From Longimicrobiales bacterium (lineage in GTDB: Bacteria > Gemmatimonadota > Gemmatimonadetes > Longimicrobiales > Gaopeijiaceae): a DNA stretch of 64,000 nt. Each line of letters begins with the position of its first letter. The first letter of the stretch is position 1. The DNA lies in the NCBI GenBank assembly GCA_965218295.1, contig CBDCKN010000003.1, forward strand, positions 160,001 through 224,000, given 5' to 3'. The notes beneath the pieces are model-generated. The model was not told the origin of the DNA. It was given only the letters and a program-made list of their open reading frames with translations, and searched no databases. This document shows, in pieces, positions 12,370 to 22,073 of this stretch. The position numbers were made by a program, and so were the translations under genes.

Positions 12370-12751
12370 CGGTCCCTCCGGTTGGGCCGGGACCGCTTCA
12401 CCAAAGCGGACCCGTCTTTCGCTGGTCCCTCCATATCCCGTCACCCGTTGCGGAAGTTCCCGAGCCGAGCAACACGGGACCGCGTGGAATTGCACACGGG
12501 CGTCCGCCGATCACCCGCCCCGGAATCCGCATCGAGTGATCCGGCCCTGTGGACCCACCGCCCATCCTCGCACCGGAGACACGAAGGCGACGGCCCAGTG
12601 TGGCCCGCTCGGATCGATTCAATCGTGGCGCTTCGGGTAGAGTGTGGGTATCCTGGGCAGTGCCGGGTCGGACAAAAGCCCATGAACACCACCGACATCG
12701 AGGTAGGGAGGAACCAGTGAGAGCGTCTCCCGTTCGTCCTAGCGGTCGCAT

Positions 12752-13261
12752 TTGCTCACGGCAGTCACAGTCTCCCCTGCTCACGTCGCAGCTCAGGAGC
12801 CCGCCCAGAACTTCGAGCTCTCGCTCTTCCCACCCATCCAGCTGCGAGGCGAGGACTCGGCCATAGCCATCCTACGCTTGGGTCTCTACAACAAGAACGT
12901 CGACGTCCGGGGCCTCGACGTCGGCGTGGTGAATCACAACACGGGCGGCGTGTCCAAGGGGCTCCAGTACGGCGTCGTCGGCATCGTCGAAGGCGCCTTC
13001 CTGGGGTGGCAGGACAACATTGTGGTGAACATCAATGAAGCGGAGTTCTTCGGCGTCCAGGGCTTCGGTATCTATAACGAGATCGATTTCGGCGAAGCGT
13101 TCCAGTTCGGGATCTTCAATCGGGCCCGGGATATCTCGGGCTTCCAGCTCGGGATCGTGAACTGGGCCGAGAACACGTACGGGATCCAGATCGGCCTCAT
13201 CAACATCATCAGCGGGAAGGAGAGTCTTCAGTTCCTCCCCATCGTCAACTGGTCGTTCTGA
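12752..13261 (+). CDS. LA_2272-family surface repeat protein
   Basis: Repeated GxQxGxxN units, C-terminal FLPIVNWSF; true start probably GTG 12718 with a frameshift. Confidence 0.75.
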   Translation: MLTAVTVSPAHVAAQEPAQNFELSLFPPIQLRGEDSAIAILRLGLYNKNVDVRGLDVGVVNHNTGGVSKGLQYGVVGIVEGAFLGWQDNIVVNINEAEFFGVQGFGIYNEIDFGEAFQFGIFNRARDISGFQLGIVNWAENTYGIQIGLINIISGKESLQFLPIVNWSF

Positions 13262-13384
13262 GGGCCCTCGCGGTGTAGCCCTCCAGGGAGGCGGTGGGGA
13301 TGGCGAACCGGGTGGTGCGCTGATCGTGAACCCCACGGGCTCCCGGCCACACAATCGCGGAGCTCGGGCGTGCACCACGACGTC

Positions 13385-14216
13385 TCAGGCCTTTAGCACG
13401 ACCCCGGGCCGGATACCCGTCCCCCACCGAACAAACAGTGCGATAACCAGCGTCAGCCCGAACACGCACACCAGAAGCGGCCCCGTCGCGACGTCCCACA
13501 CGAAGGACGGCCACCACCCCGGCCACTAACGGCGACCGCTCCCACGGCCCACGCCAGGGCGAGCGCCGCGAGGAATCGGCTCGTGAACAAGAAGGGCCAC
13601 GACGGCGGGGATCACAAGGGCGCAGAACACCATGAGCACGCCGGCGATGGCGACGGAGAACGAGATGACGATTCCCGAAGGGCACGTAGAAGAGGAAGTC
13701 CCAGAGCCGTGCCTGGGTGACGGTGTCGTCACGCAGAGACAAAAGCGACAAAACGGCCTCGGAACACGTAATAGAAGACGCCTAGGCCGGCGTAAACCGC
13801 AGCCATGCGTAGGATCTGCGGCCAGGTCACCCAGATGAGGCTGCCCATTCATCGTCTCTGCCACGTGCCTCCGCCCCCTCGGCAGTGAAGCCGGCCATGA
13901 GGGATGACCGCCGCGGAGGCCACCACGAAGGTGATTCCGATGATGGCCTCCTGGGGCACCACCGTCCCCCTGAGGCGGCTGAACGAGAAGATCAGGGCCC
14001 CGAGAAGCGTGAAACCGAGCGAGAAGGCCAGCGACAGGGGCGTCCCGTGCTCCACGCCCATTATCAAGCCCACGGTAGTACCCAAAGCTGCGATCTGGGC
14101 GAACGCCCAGGTCGACGAAGATCACGGCCCCGGGCGATGACGTGCAGGCCCAGATACGCGTGAAGCGCGAGGATGACGAGGCCCGCCGCGATGGGCGCGA
14201 GCATCAAATCGAGCAT
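13385..14216 (-). pseudogene. Metal (Zn/Mn) ABC transporter permease, heavily frameshifted
   Basis: Fragments MLDLMLAPIAAGLVILALHAYLGLHV, VPQEAIIGITFVVASAA, LWDFLFY, AGVLMVFCALVIPA in different frames. Confidence 0.75.
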
Positions 14217-14270
14217 CTAGTGTTCCGTTTCCGAAGTTCGCGAGCCACCAAGAGGGTCGGGGCGCCGTGG
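14217..14270. repeat. Single terminal fragment (54 bp) of the IS630-like MITE
   Basis: 53/54 identical to the reverse complement of 15162-15215; begins CTAGTGTTCCGTTTCCGAAGT. Confidence 0.9.
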
Positions 14271-14484
14271 TCAGCTGGCCGGTCGGGCAACAGCCCCGGC
14301 CAGCCCGTTGACCCAGTAGGAGCAGTCGGATGCTGTCCAGCTGGGCGCGGAGCTGGGCGATCTCCGCCCGTAGCGAGTCGGCCTGCGTGCGTGGAATATC
14401 CTGACCCCGCGCCATTACGGGCAGCGCCGCGAGAGCGCCGGCCAAGATGAAGAGGCTCAAGCCTCTTGTTGATTTCTGCTTCAT
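14271..14484 (-). pseudogene. 5' stub of an exported protein (signal peptide plus coiled coil), cut off at the MITE end
   Basis: AGGGAAGG RBS, MKQKSTRGLSLFILAGALAALP signal peptide, ADSLRAEIAQLRAQLDSIR; coding character is lost just before the repeat. Confidence 0.65.
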
Positions 14485-14610
14485 GGTCCTTCCCCTGAGA
14501 CGCCCGCTTCCGACTGCCTGGGAAGGGGCGACGACCGACGGGGCGCGAGCGTCCGCTAAAGTGCGGATGCACCGGCGCTCACGGTCTCCCTGCGTGAAGC
14601 AGGGAGGATC

Positions 14611-14947
14611 TCAGAAGGTGGGTGGACCCCCGAGGGTGGGTGGGACGGGAGAGGCGCGACTGCGGAGTCGCATCCTGCATGGGCGCCACGGTCTCCACGA
14701 TAGAAGGCGGGAGAGCCTTCTCGACATGGGTGGGCTTGCTCGCCCATAGCTGCTTCCCGTAGTGGGAGCAGATAGTGTGATCGTGTGTCGGGAGACTGCA
14801 TGCCGCCTGGTGCTCCGCCTCGATGGCGATCAGAGAGCCCAAGAGATCGCGATCGAGAAAGGGTATGGTGACCCCCACGGCCAGCGGTCCAAATCGCCAG
14901 CGCCGGTCCCCAATCGTTTGGGCCAAGCATTCCCGCAACCGGATCAT
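14611..14947 (-). CDS. DUF2946-like His/Cys-rich leader protein with probable C-terminal RGPP arrest motif
   Basis: HQAACSLPTHDHTIC motif; removing one G from the G5 run gives ...HPRGPPTF-stop (TGA at 14611-14613); lies upstream of the metal-uptake genes. Confidence 0.6.
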
Positions 14948-15029
14948 GACAATGACGCTAGAGGAGTCCGTCTGGGCTGTCAACGCGACGGGCTCCCGTG
15001 GGGGGACTTACGACGTTCCCCGGAAGAGG

Positions 15030-15215
15030 CTAGTGTCCCGTTACCAAAGTGTCTCGGCCAGTCGAGGGCACGGTGCATCCGTGGGCTCGGCGTTGGAACT
15101 CCTTGCGACCACGCTTCGCGCGGTGCCCGCTTGCGCGACGCCGCGTCGTCCCGCCTTGATCCCACGGCGCCCCGGCCCTCTTGGTGGCTCGCGAACTTCG
15201 GAAACGGAACACTAG
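15030..15215. mobile_element. IS630-like MITE (186 bp including flanking CTAG sites)
   Basis: Termini TAGTGTCCCGTTACCAAAGT and revcomp TAGTGTTCCGTTTCCGAAGT (17/20), both in CTAG (TA duplication typical of IS630); no transposase. Confidence 0.75.
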
Positions 15216-15219
15216 ATAA

Positions 15220-17198
15220 ATGAAGAGCTTGTGGAGCGATCGTGAGGCCGCCACCCACGGGGATGACCCGCTGGAGCTTCGCGTCTACACGTCTCGCCTT
15301 CTCGGTCGTGAGCCTGACCTCGTTTTGCATGGTGGCGGCAACACATCAGTCAAGACGACCGCGACCGATCTCTTCGGAAATATTCATCGGGTGCTCTACG
15401 TGAAGGGCAGCGGATGGGGACCTGGAGACCATCGAAGCCCCCGGGTTCGCGCCGGTGCGCCTGGATGCACTCCTGAGCATGGCGGAGCTCGAGCAGCTCG
15501 ACGACGCGGACATGGTCCGCGCCCAGCGGGCCGCGATGCTCGACCCCAATGCGCCCTCCCCGTCCGTCGAGGCCATTCTGCACGCGCTCATCCCTTTCGA
15601 GTACGTCGATCACACGCATGCCGACGCGGTCGTATCCGTCACCAACACGCCGAACGGAGAAGAGGCCATTCGCGACCTCTATGGCGAGCGTGTGTGGGTG
15701 CTTCCGTACGTCATGCCCGGCCTTCGCCTTGGCCCGGACGATCTACACGATGACTCGGGACAGGGATTGGACGGAATGCGACGGCATGATCCTGATGAAT
15801 CATGGCGCATTCACGTTCGCGGACGACGCGAAGAGCTCGTACGAGAGGATGATCGAGCTCGTCAGTCGGGCCGAGAAGTATGTGGCTGCTCGGACGAGTC
15901 CGCCGAATGACGCCTGCGGAGCCTCTGCCGGAGGACCTGGAGGCGTTGGCCCGGATTCGGCGGTCGGTCGGAGCGGCGCGGGGAGAGGCCGTTCTCGCAC
16001 GTTGGGACGAGGATCCGGAGTCCGTCGAATTCTCGCAATTGCCGGAGGTGGCGGGCCTGTCGACACGCGGGCCGCTGACCCCGGATCACGTCATCCCGGA
16101 CCAAGCGCACAGCATTGGTCCTAGGGGACGATCCGGCGGCGGACGTCGAGGAGTACGCCACGAGCTACCGAGAGTACTTCGAGCGTAATACCACCGAGGG
16201 CCTGACCTGCCTGGACCCGGCCCCGCGCTGGGCCGTCTGGCCGGGTCGCGGCACGATCTGCTTCGGACGTAACCCCAAGGAGGCTCGCATCGTAGCGGAC
16301 ATCAAGGACCACACGATTCGCGCGATCCAGGTCGCCGAAGCTCTGGGCGGATGGACCGCCCTCCCGGAGAAGGACGTGTTCGAGGTCGAATACTGGGTCT
16401 TGGAGCAGGCCAAGCTCGGCCGATCCGGATCGCCACCTCTGCTGGCAGGCAAGATCGCCCTGGTCACCGGGGCGGCGAGCGGGATCGGGTTGGCGTGTGC
16501 GAGCGAGCTTCAGCGCCTGGGGGCGGTTGTGGGCGCGCTCGACGTCAATCCCGAGATCGTCGAGCTGATGGACTCCGAGATCGGGCTCGGAATCGAGTGC
16601 GACGTCGTGGACGACAGGGCGCTGGGCGGACGCCGTGAGGGCCGTGGTACGGCAGTTCGGGGGGCTAGACATCGTCATCGACAACGTGGGCGTCTTCCCG
16701 AAGAGCCGAGGTCATCGAGGGAATCCAGGCCGAGACCTGGGACCACAGCATGGCCGTGAATCTGACCAGCCATCAGCGGTTATGGCAGTCGTGTATACCC
16801 TTCCCTGCGCCTCGGCACGGACCCCGCGGTGGTCGTGATCGCGTCGAAAAACGTTTCCGGCTCCCGGACCGGGTGCCGCCGCTTACTCCGTCGCTAAAGC
16901 GGGGCTCACCCAGTTGGCAAGGGTAGCAGCCCTGGAGCTCGGGGGGGCAGGGATCCGAGTCAACGTCCTGCACCCCGACAAGGTGTACGACACCGCCCTC
17001 TGGACCCCTGATTTGCTCGAGGAGCGGGCGGCACACTACGGCGTCAGTGTCGACGAGTACAAGACGCGCAACGTTCTGGGGATCGAAGTCAGCTCCCGGG
17101 ACGTAGCGGCCCTGGCGTGCGCCATGGCCGGGCCGTTGTTCGCGAAGACCACCGGAGCTCAGATTCCCGTGGACGGGGGGGACGTCCGCGTCATCTGA
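15220..17198 (+). CDS. Bifunctional class II aldolase / short-chain dehydrogenase (RhaD/YuxG-like), multiple frameshifts
   Basis: LVLHGGGNTSVK, PSVEAILHA, VDHTHAD, EYWVLEQAKL, LVTGAASGIG, AYSVAKA, GAQIPVDGG across ~5 frames. Confidence 0.88.
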
Positions 17199-17380
17199 CG
17201 ACGGCCACGCGACTGGGCCCCATCAGGGTGTCGGTCGAATCCGTCGCTCAGGCGCCGATCGGGTAGAAGCGAACGCCACAAGAGCCGTGGGCAGACGCGA
17301 CATCCTCCCCGCGAGTGGTTTGGTCGAGGCGGGCTCCACCGTGTACGTTGCTCGATCCTTTTCCCTGACGAAGGATCGGC

Positions 17381-18881
17381 GTGGCTGAAGGAAGCCCCAT
17401 ATCCGAGCATCGACTCGAGTCCTTGGAGAGCCTCGAACTCCCCTCCATGACGCCGCAGGCCCTCATCGCCCACTTCGGGTCCGGGTTGATCCTCATGATG
17501 ACGGGGATCGGGACCAGCCACCTGGTGACCGCGCCCACGGCCGGAGGCCGCTTCGCCTATGCCCTGCTGTGGTGCATCCCCGTGTCTTACGTCTTCAAGT
17601 ACTACGGCTTCGAGATGGCTTTCCGGTTCACGAACGCGACCGGCAAGAGCCTACTGGAGGCGTATGCGACCGCTTGGAAGAAGTGGCCCTTGTGGTACGT
17701 CATGATCACGACGCTTCTCCAGTGCGCCATCGGACAGGCCGGCCGTCTGATCGCTGCGGCGGCCGTGGCCTACTACGCCTTCACCGTGGCCCTGGGGCTT
17801 CCCATCCCCCTGGAGGCGTACGCGCTGGGGCTGGGGCTGATCTCGGTGGTGGTCATCCTCTGAGGTGAGTACAAAGTCATCGAGGTCCTGACAAAGATCC
17901 TCGCCGGCATCCTCCTGATCTCGTCTTTGGCCGTCTACTTCGTGTCGCCCGCACCTCTGTCCGAGATGGGACACTTCTTCATCGTGGAGACGCCCGAGGG
18001 GTCGTGGCTGGTAATCGCCGCCTTTTTAGGGCTTCTACCCACCGGCATCGACGTCTCGCTGCAGGCCTCGGAGTGGGGGAAGGCGAAGAAAGCCGGGCTG
18101 GCGAAGGTGAGGCCCGACCTCGAGGAGGCAGGACTGGTGCCCCGCTTCGACCCCTTCGTGTCCTCGAAGGAGGACCTCGCCGTCGACGCGACGAAGATGT
18201 CCCCCCACGTGCGCGAGTACAGCCGGCGCTGGTTCAAGATCGGGCTCTGGGACTTCCGCATCGGGCATGTCATATCGTTCCTGATCGCCACCATTTTCCT
18301 GTTCCTATCGGCAGTCTGGATGTATCCCAGCGCGGTGGAGGGCCGAGGCGTCATGGGTGAGATCGCCACCATCTTCACCGAGAGCGTCGGGCCCTGGATG
18401 ATGATCGTGTTCATCTTCGGCGCCTTCGCCGCCACCTTCTCTACCGCGTTCAACTACTTCGACGGCTGGCCCCGAATCGTGGGCGCTTGCTGCCGGAACC
18501 TCTTCCGGTCCACGGCCCGCTTGAGCGGAATCGGGCACGAGCGTCATGTCACGGACGAATACAGGAAGAAGTGGTACTCGGAGTACAACATCTACAGGAT
18601 CACGATGCTGTATTCCCTGGTGGGCCTCGGTAATCCTGATCGCCGGCGTTCCTCGGCCCGTCTTCATGGTGCTGGTGGCGTCGGCCTTGGCCTTTTTCGT
18701 AGCCCCGGTCATCTTCTACCTGAATCTCTACTACTGTATGACGATCATCCCCAAGCACGACGAGGTCTTCTATCCGAACCGCTTCGATCGCTGGTTCGGG
18801 TGGGTGAGCCTCGCGGTCTTCACGGGAATGAGCATCATCCTGATCTTCTGGCGGATCTGGGTGCCCCTCTTCGGGGCTTGA
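17381..18881 (+). pseudogene. Nramp-family divalent metal/solute transporter (in-frame TGA at 17861, frameshift near 18620)
   Basis: GSGLILMMTGIGTSHLVTAPTAGGRF, RFTNATGKSLLEAY, AATFSTAFNYFDGWPR, multiple TM segments. Confidence 0.75.
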
Positions 18882-18904
18882 GTCACCGGCCAGCAAGGAA
18901 CCGC

Positions 18905-19639
18905 ATGCACGAAGACCTCCGCTTCCTGCTGCTCCAGATGAGAAACGCCGACGACCCCATGCGGGAGCACGAAGTCCAGTGCTTCGCCCGCTCGCTCCGG
19001 TGCCCCCGCGATCACATTCGCGTTCTGGACCTGCTGAGTGGGGTGCCTTCGCAGCGTGAGCTGAACCAGGCCGACATCGTTCTCCTGGGCGGAAGCGGAG
19101 ACTACTCGGTGGCGAAGGGAGGTCCATGGCTCCCTGCGGCCCTGGAAACCATGCGCGGGCTGTACGAGTCCTCGAAGCCGACCTTCGCCTCCTGCTGGGG
19201 ATTCCACGCCATGGCCCAGGCCCTGGGGGGCGAGGTGGTCACTGATCGCGACCGGGCCGAGGTGGGCACCGTGACCCTGGAGCTGACGTCCGAGGGAAGC
19301 CGCGATCCGGTCTTCGGACCCTTGGGTCCTCGATTCCAGGCACAGATCGGCCACGAGGACATCGTCACGGAGCTTCCCAGGGGCGCCGTCCTGCTGGCCT
19401 CCAGCGATCGGGTCCCCAACGAGGCCTTCCGATTCGAGGGGAAACGCATCTACTGCACCCAGTTCCACCCCGAGCTCGACCGGGATGGGCTCCTCAAGCG
19501 GATCGGATACTACCCCGAGTACCTCCCACTCACGGGGTACGCGACGATGGACGAGTTCGTGGCGGCCACTCCCGAGACACCGGAGACGGAGGCGATCCTC
19601 AGGCGGTTCATTGAGGAGGCGTTCGGAAAGACGCCCTGA
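18905..19639 (+). CDS. Type 1 glutamine amidotransferase (GMP-synthase-like)
   Basis: GGSG, ASCWGFHAMA nucleophile motif, QFHPE. Confidence 0.88.
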   Translation: MHEDLRFLLLQMRNADDPMREHEVQCFARSLRCPRDHIRVLDLLSGVPSQRELNQADIVLLGGSGDYSVAKGGPWLPAALETMRGLYESSKPTFASCWGFHAMAQALGGEVVTDRDRAEVGTVTLELTSEGSRDPVFGPLGPRFQAQIGHEDIVTELPRGAVLLASSDRVPNEAFRFEGKRIYCTQFHPELDRDGLLKRIGYYPEYLPLTGYATMDEFVAATPETPETEAILRRFIEEAFGKTP

Positions 19640-19780
19640 GCCGTTCTCGCAAGGGGCCGCCGAGGACCCGTGTGACACCTCCGGGCCACGACAGCGTACA
19701 TCGAGCGTGTTAGTGGGAACCTCCACGGCCGAGCGGTGGTTCGATCACCACCGGCCGAATTCGGGGTGTCGGAGGAGATT

Positions 19781-21116
19781 TTGACTCGATTGAAGTTCAT
19801 AGATGCCGCTCGGGCTCTACTGCATGCCTCGTGCGTCGTAGGCATCGCACTCCTGTCCACGTGCGACAAGGACCCCACCGGCCCGGGTGATCCCAACCTC
19901 ACGGAGCCCATCCTGGGATCACCCGTCCAGTGCGAAGGCGGGTTCGCCGCTGGATTCAGATGCTCCAATGTGGATTTGGTGTCGTTCCTTCCACTGGAGG
20001 ATTTGGGTGGGGGGGCCCGTGCCGGGAAACGGTCCCGGCCGACAGCGTGCCGGACATCACGGTGAACGACATGTGGGGTTGGACCGATCCCCTGACAGGC
20101 ATGGAGTACGCCCTCGTGGGCCGCACCGACGGCATGGCCTTCATCAGCCTCGAGGATCCGGAGAGGCCGGTGTACGTGGGCCAGCTCCTCAGGACGAATG
20201 GGGCTCCCGTCAGCCACTGGCGCGATGTCAAAGTCTACGCCGATCACGCCTTCATCGTGGCCGACGGCGCCGAGCAGCACAGCGTCCAGGTGTTCGACCT
20301 TCGCCAGCTCCGGGACGTCCAGAGTCCACCGTGACCTTCCAAGAAGCGACGGTCTACGGCGGCATCGCCAGCGCCCACAACATCGTCATCAACGAGGAGT
20401 CGGGGTTCGCGTACACCGTGGGCAACCGGGCCGGAGGCGAGACGTGCGGCGGTGGGCTCCATATGATCGACATCCACGACCCCACCAACCCGACTTTTGC
20501 AGGGTGCTTCGCCGATCCCTCCACGGGCCGCGAGGGGACGGGGTACGTACACGACGCTCAGTGCATCATGTACGCCGGACCCGACCAGGACTACCAGGGC
20601 CGGGAGATCTGCCTGGGCTCCAATGAGACGGCGGTCAGCATCACTGACGTGACGGACAAGGAGAATCCGCGGGCGATCTCCAGGGCGGTCTATCCGAACC
20701 TCGGCTACGTGCATCAAGGCTGGATCTCCGAGGACCACCGCTACTTCTTCATCGACGACGAGGGCGACGAGCTCCTGGGCTTTGCCGGCCGCACGCGCAC
20801 GTTGGTGTGGGACATCGAGGACCTGGACGATCCGGTCCTGGTCAAGGAGCACCTCGGCGTGACCATCTCCACGGACCACAACCTCTACGTCCGCGGTCAC
20901 CTTATGTACCAATCCAACTACGTGAGCGGACTCCGGATCCTGGATGTGTCCGATCCTGTCAATCCCAGGGAGGTCGGCTTCTTCGACACCGTGCCCTTGA
21001 CCGACCAGCCGGGCTTTGATGGCTCCTGGAGCAACTACCCGTTCTTCGAGAGCGGTGTGATCGTCTTCACGAGCCGGAACGAGGGACTCTTCGTCGTGCG
21101 GAGCCGCGTCAACTAG
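19781..21116 (+). CDS. Choice-of-anchor B / LVIVD-repeat secreted protein, frameshifted
   Basis: NDMWGWTDP, WRDVKVY, SAHNIVINEESG, YVHDAQC, YVHQGW, GSWSNYPFFESG. Confidence 0.85.
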
Positions 21117-21199
21117 ACCACGCCGGTCTCGAGGGTCCGAGGCGCTTGACCCACCCGCTGCCTTCCCCGCCTATTGCACCGTCTCCAGCCGGCGGCCCG

Positions 21200-22073
21200 A
21201 TGAGAATTTCCGTGCTCCTTGCTATAACCACCATGGGACTGGCTCCGGCCTTGTTGTCCGCCCAGCAGTGGACGCTCGAGGGCGACGTGGCTCTGAGGAG
21301 CAGGTACGAATGGCGGGGGTTGGCCCTCGACCCCGGGCACAACCTCCAATACTCGGCCTACGCGTCGGTGGCGTGGGATGCGGCCTCGGTGACCTTCGGC
21401 GTTTGGTCGCTGGCGGATCTCTCCACGAACCCCTCCGCCGGCCTCCCCGAACGCTGGGGGTTCGAGACGAGCCCGTGGCTGGACGCCACCCTCGGCGACG
21501 ATCGGAGGCAGCTGGTAGTGGGCATCACGGGCTACGACATCGGGGCCCCGCCGGGTCCAGAGCCTCTTCGAAGGAGCGACACCTGGGAGATCTACGCGGG
21601 GGGGCGCGGCGCCCTGCCGGGCGCCCCCCGTTATCGGCGAGGCAGTGGTCTACTGGGACATGGGCCGGGTGGGGGGCGCGTACGCCGAGGTGGCGGGAGC
21701 ACTGCAGATCCCCGTTTGGGCCGGGCTGATCGTGCCCGTGGGATCGATCTTCCTGGAGGGTCGCACCGGATTCGCCCTCGGCCAGGAGCGCGGGGCCGGC
21801 GAGACTGACCCGCGCGACTTCCACTTCGAGGGAGGTGGCCTGACCCACCTGGACGTCTCGCTCCGCACTACCCTTCTGCCCGTCCCCCTGGGTCCGGTCA
21901 CGGCCTCACTGACCCTGGAGTCGCACTGGGTCACCGGCTTCGACCCGGAGACCGAGCGCGTCGGGGTGACAACCCGCGGCGCGATGGACCAGAGGCGGTG
22001 GTGGTGGGGGCTGGGCCTTCGCCTCGCGTTCCCCCGGTGTCGTCCCGACAGAGAGCTGTGCAGGGACCTATGA
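21200..22073 (+). CDS. Hypothetical outer-membrane beta-barrel (TorF-like), frameshifted
   Basis: Signal peptide, SRYEWRG motif, alternating beta-strand pattern. Confidence 0.55.

Noticed and set aside
14217..15215. A single 1-kb composite element bounded by the 54-bp inverted repeats
   Set aside because: The right copy already pairs with its own left TIR at 15030, and the enclosed DNA is native operon sequence; two independent MITE insertions are more parsimonious, though not proven
17200..17380. yybP-ykoY Mn riboswitch upstream of Nramp
   Set aside because: Conserved motifs not found; only a simple hairpin near the start
17927..19639. Nramp-glutamine amidotransferase fusion protein (570 aa)
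   Set aside because: Artefact of a frameshift near 18620; the Nramp C-terminus ends at 18881 in another frame and the GATase has its own RBS and ATG at 18905
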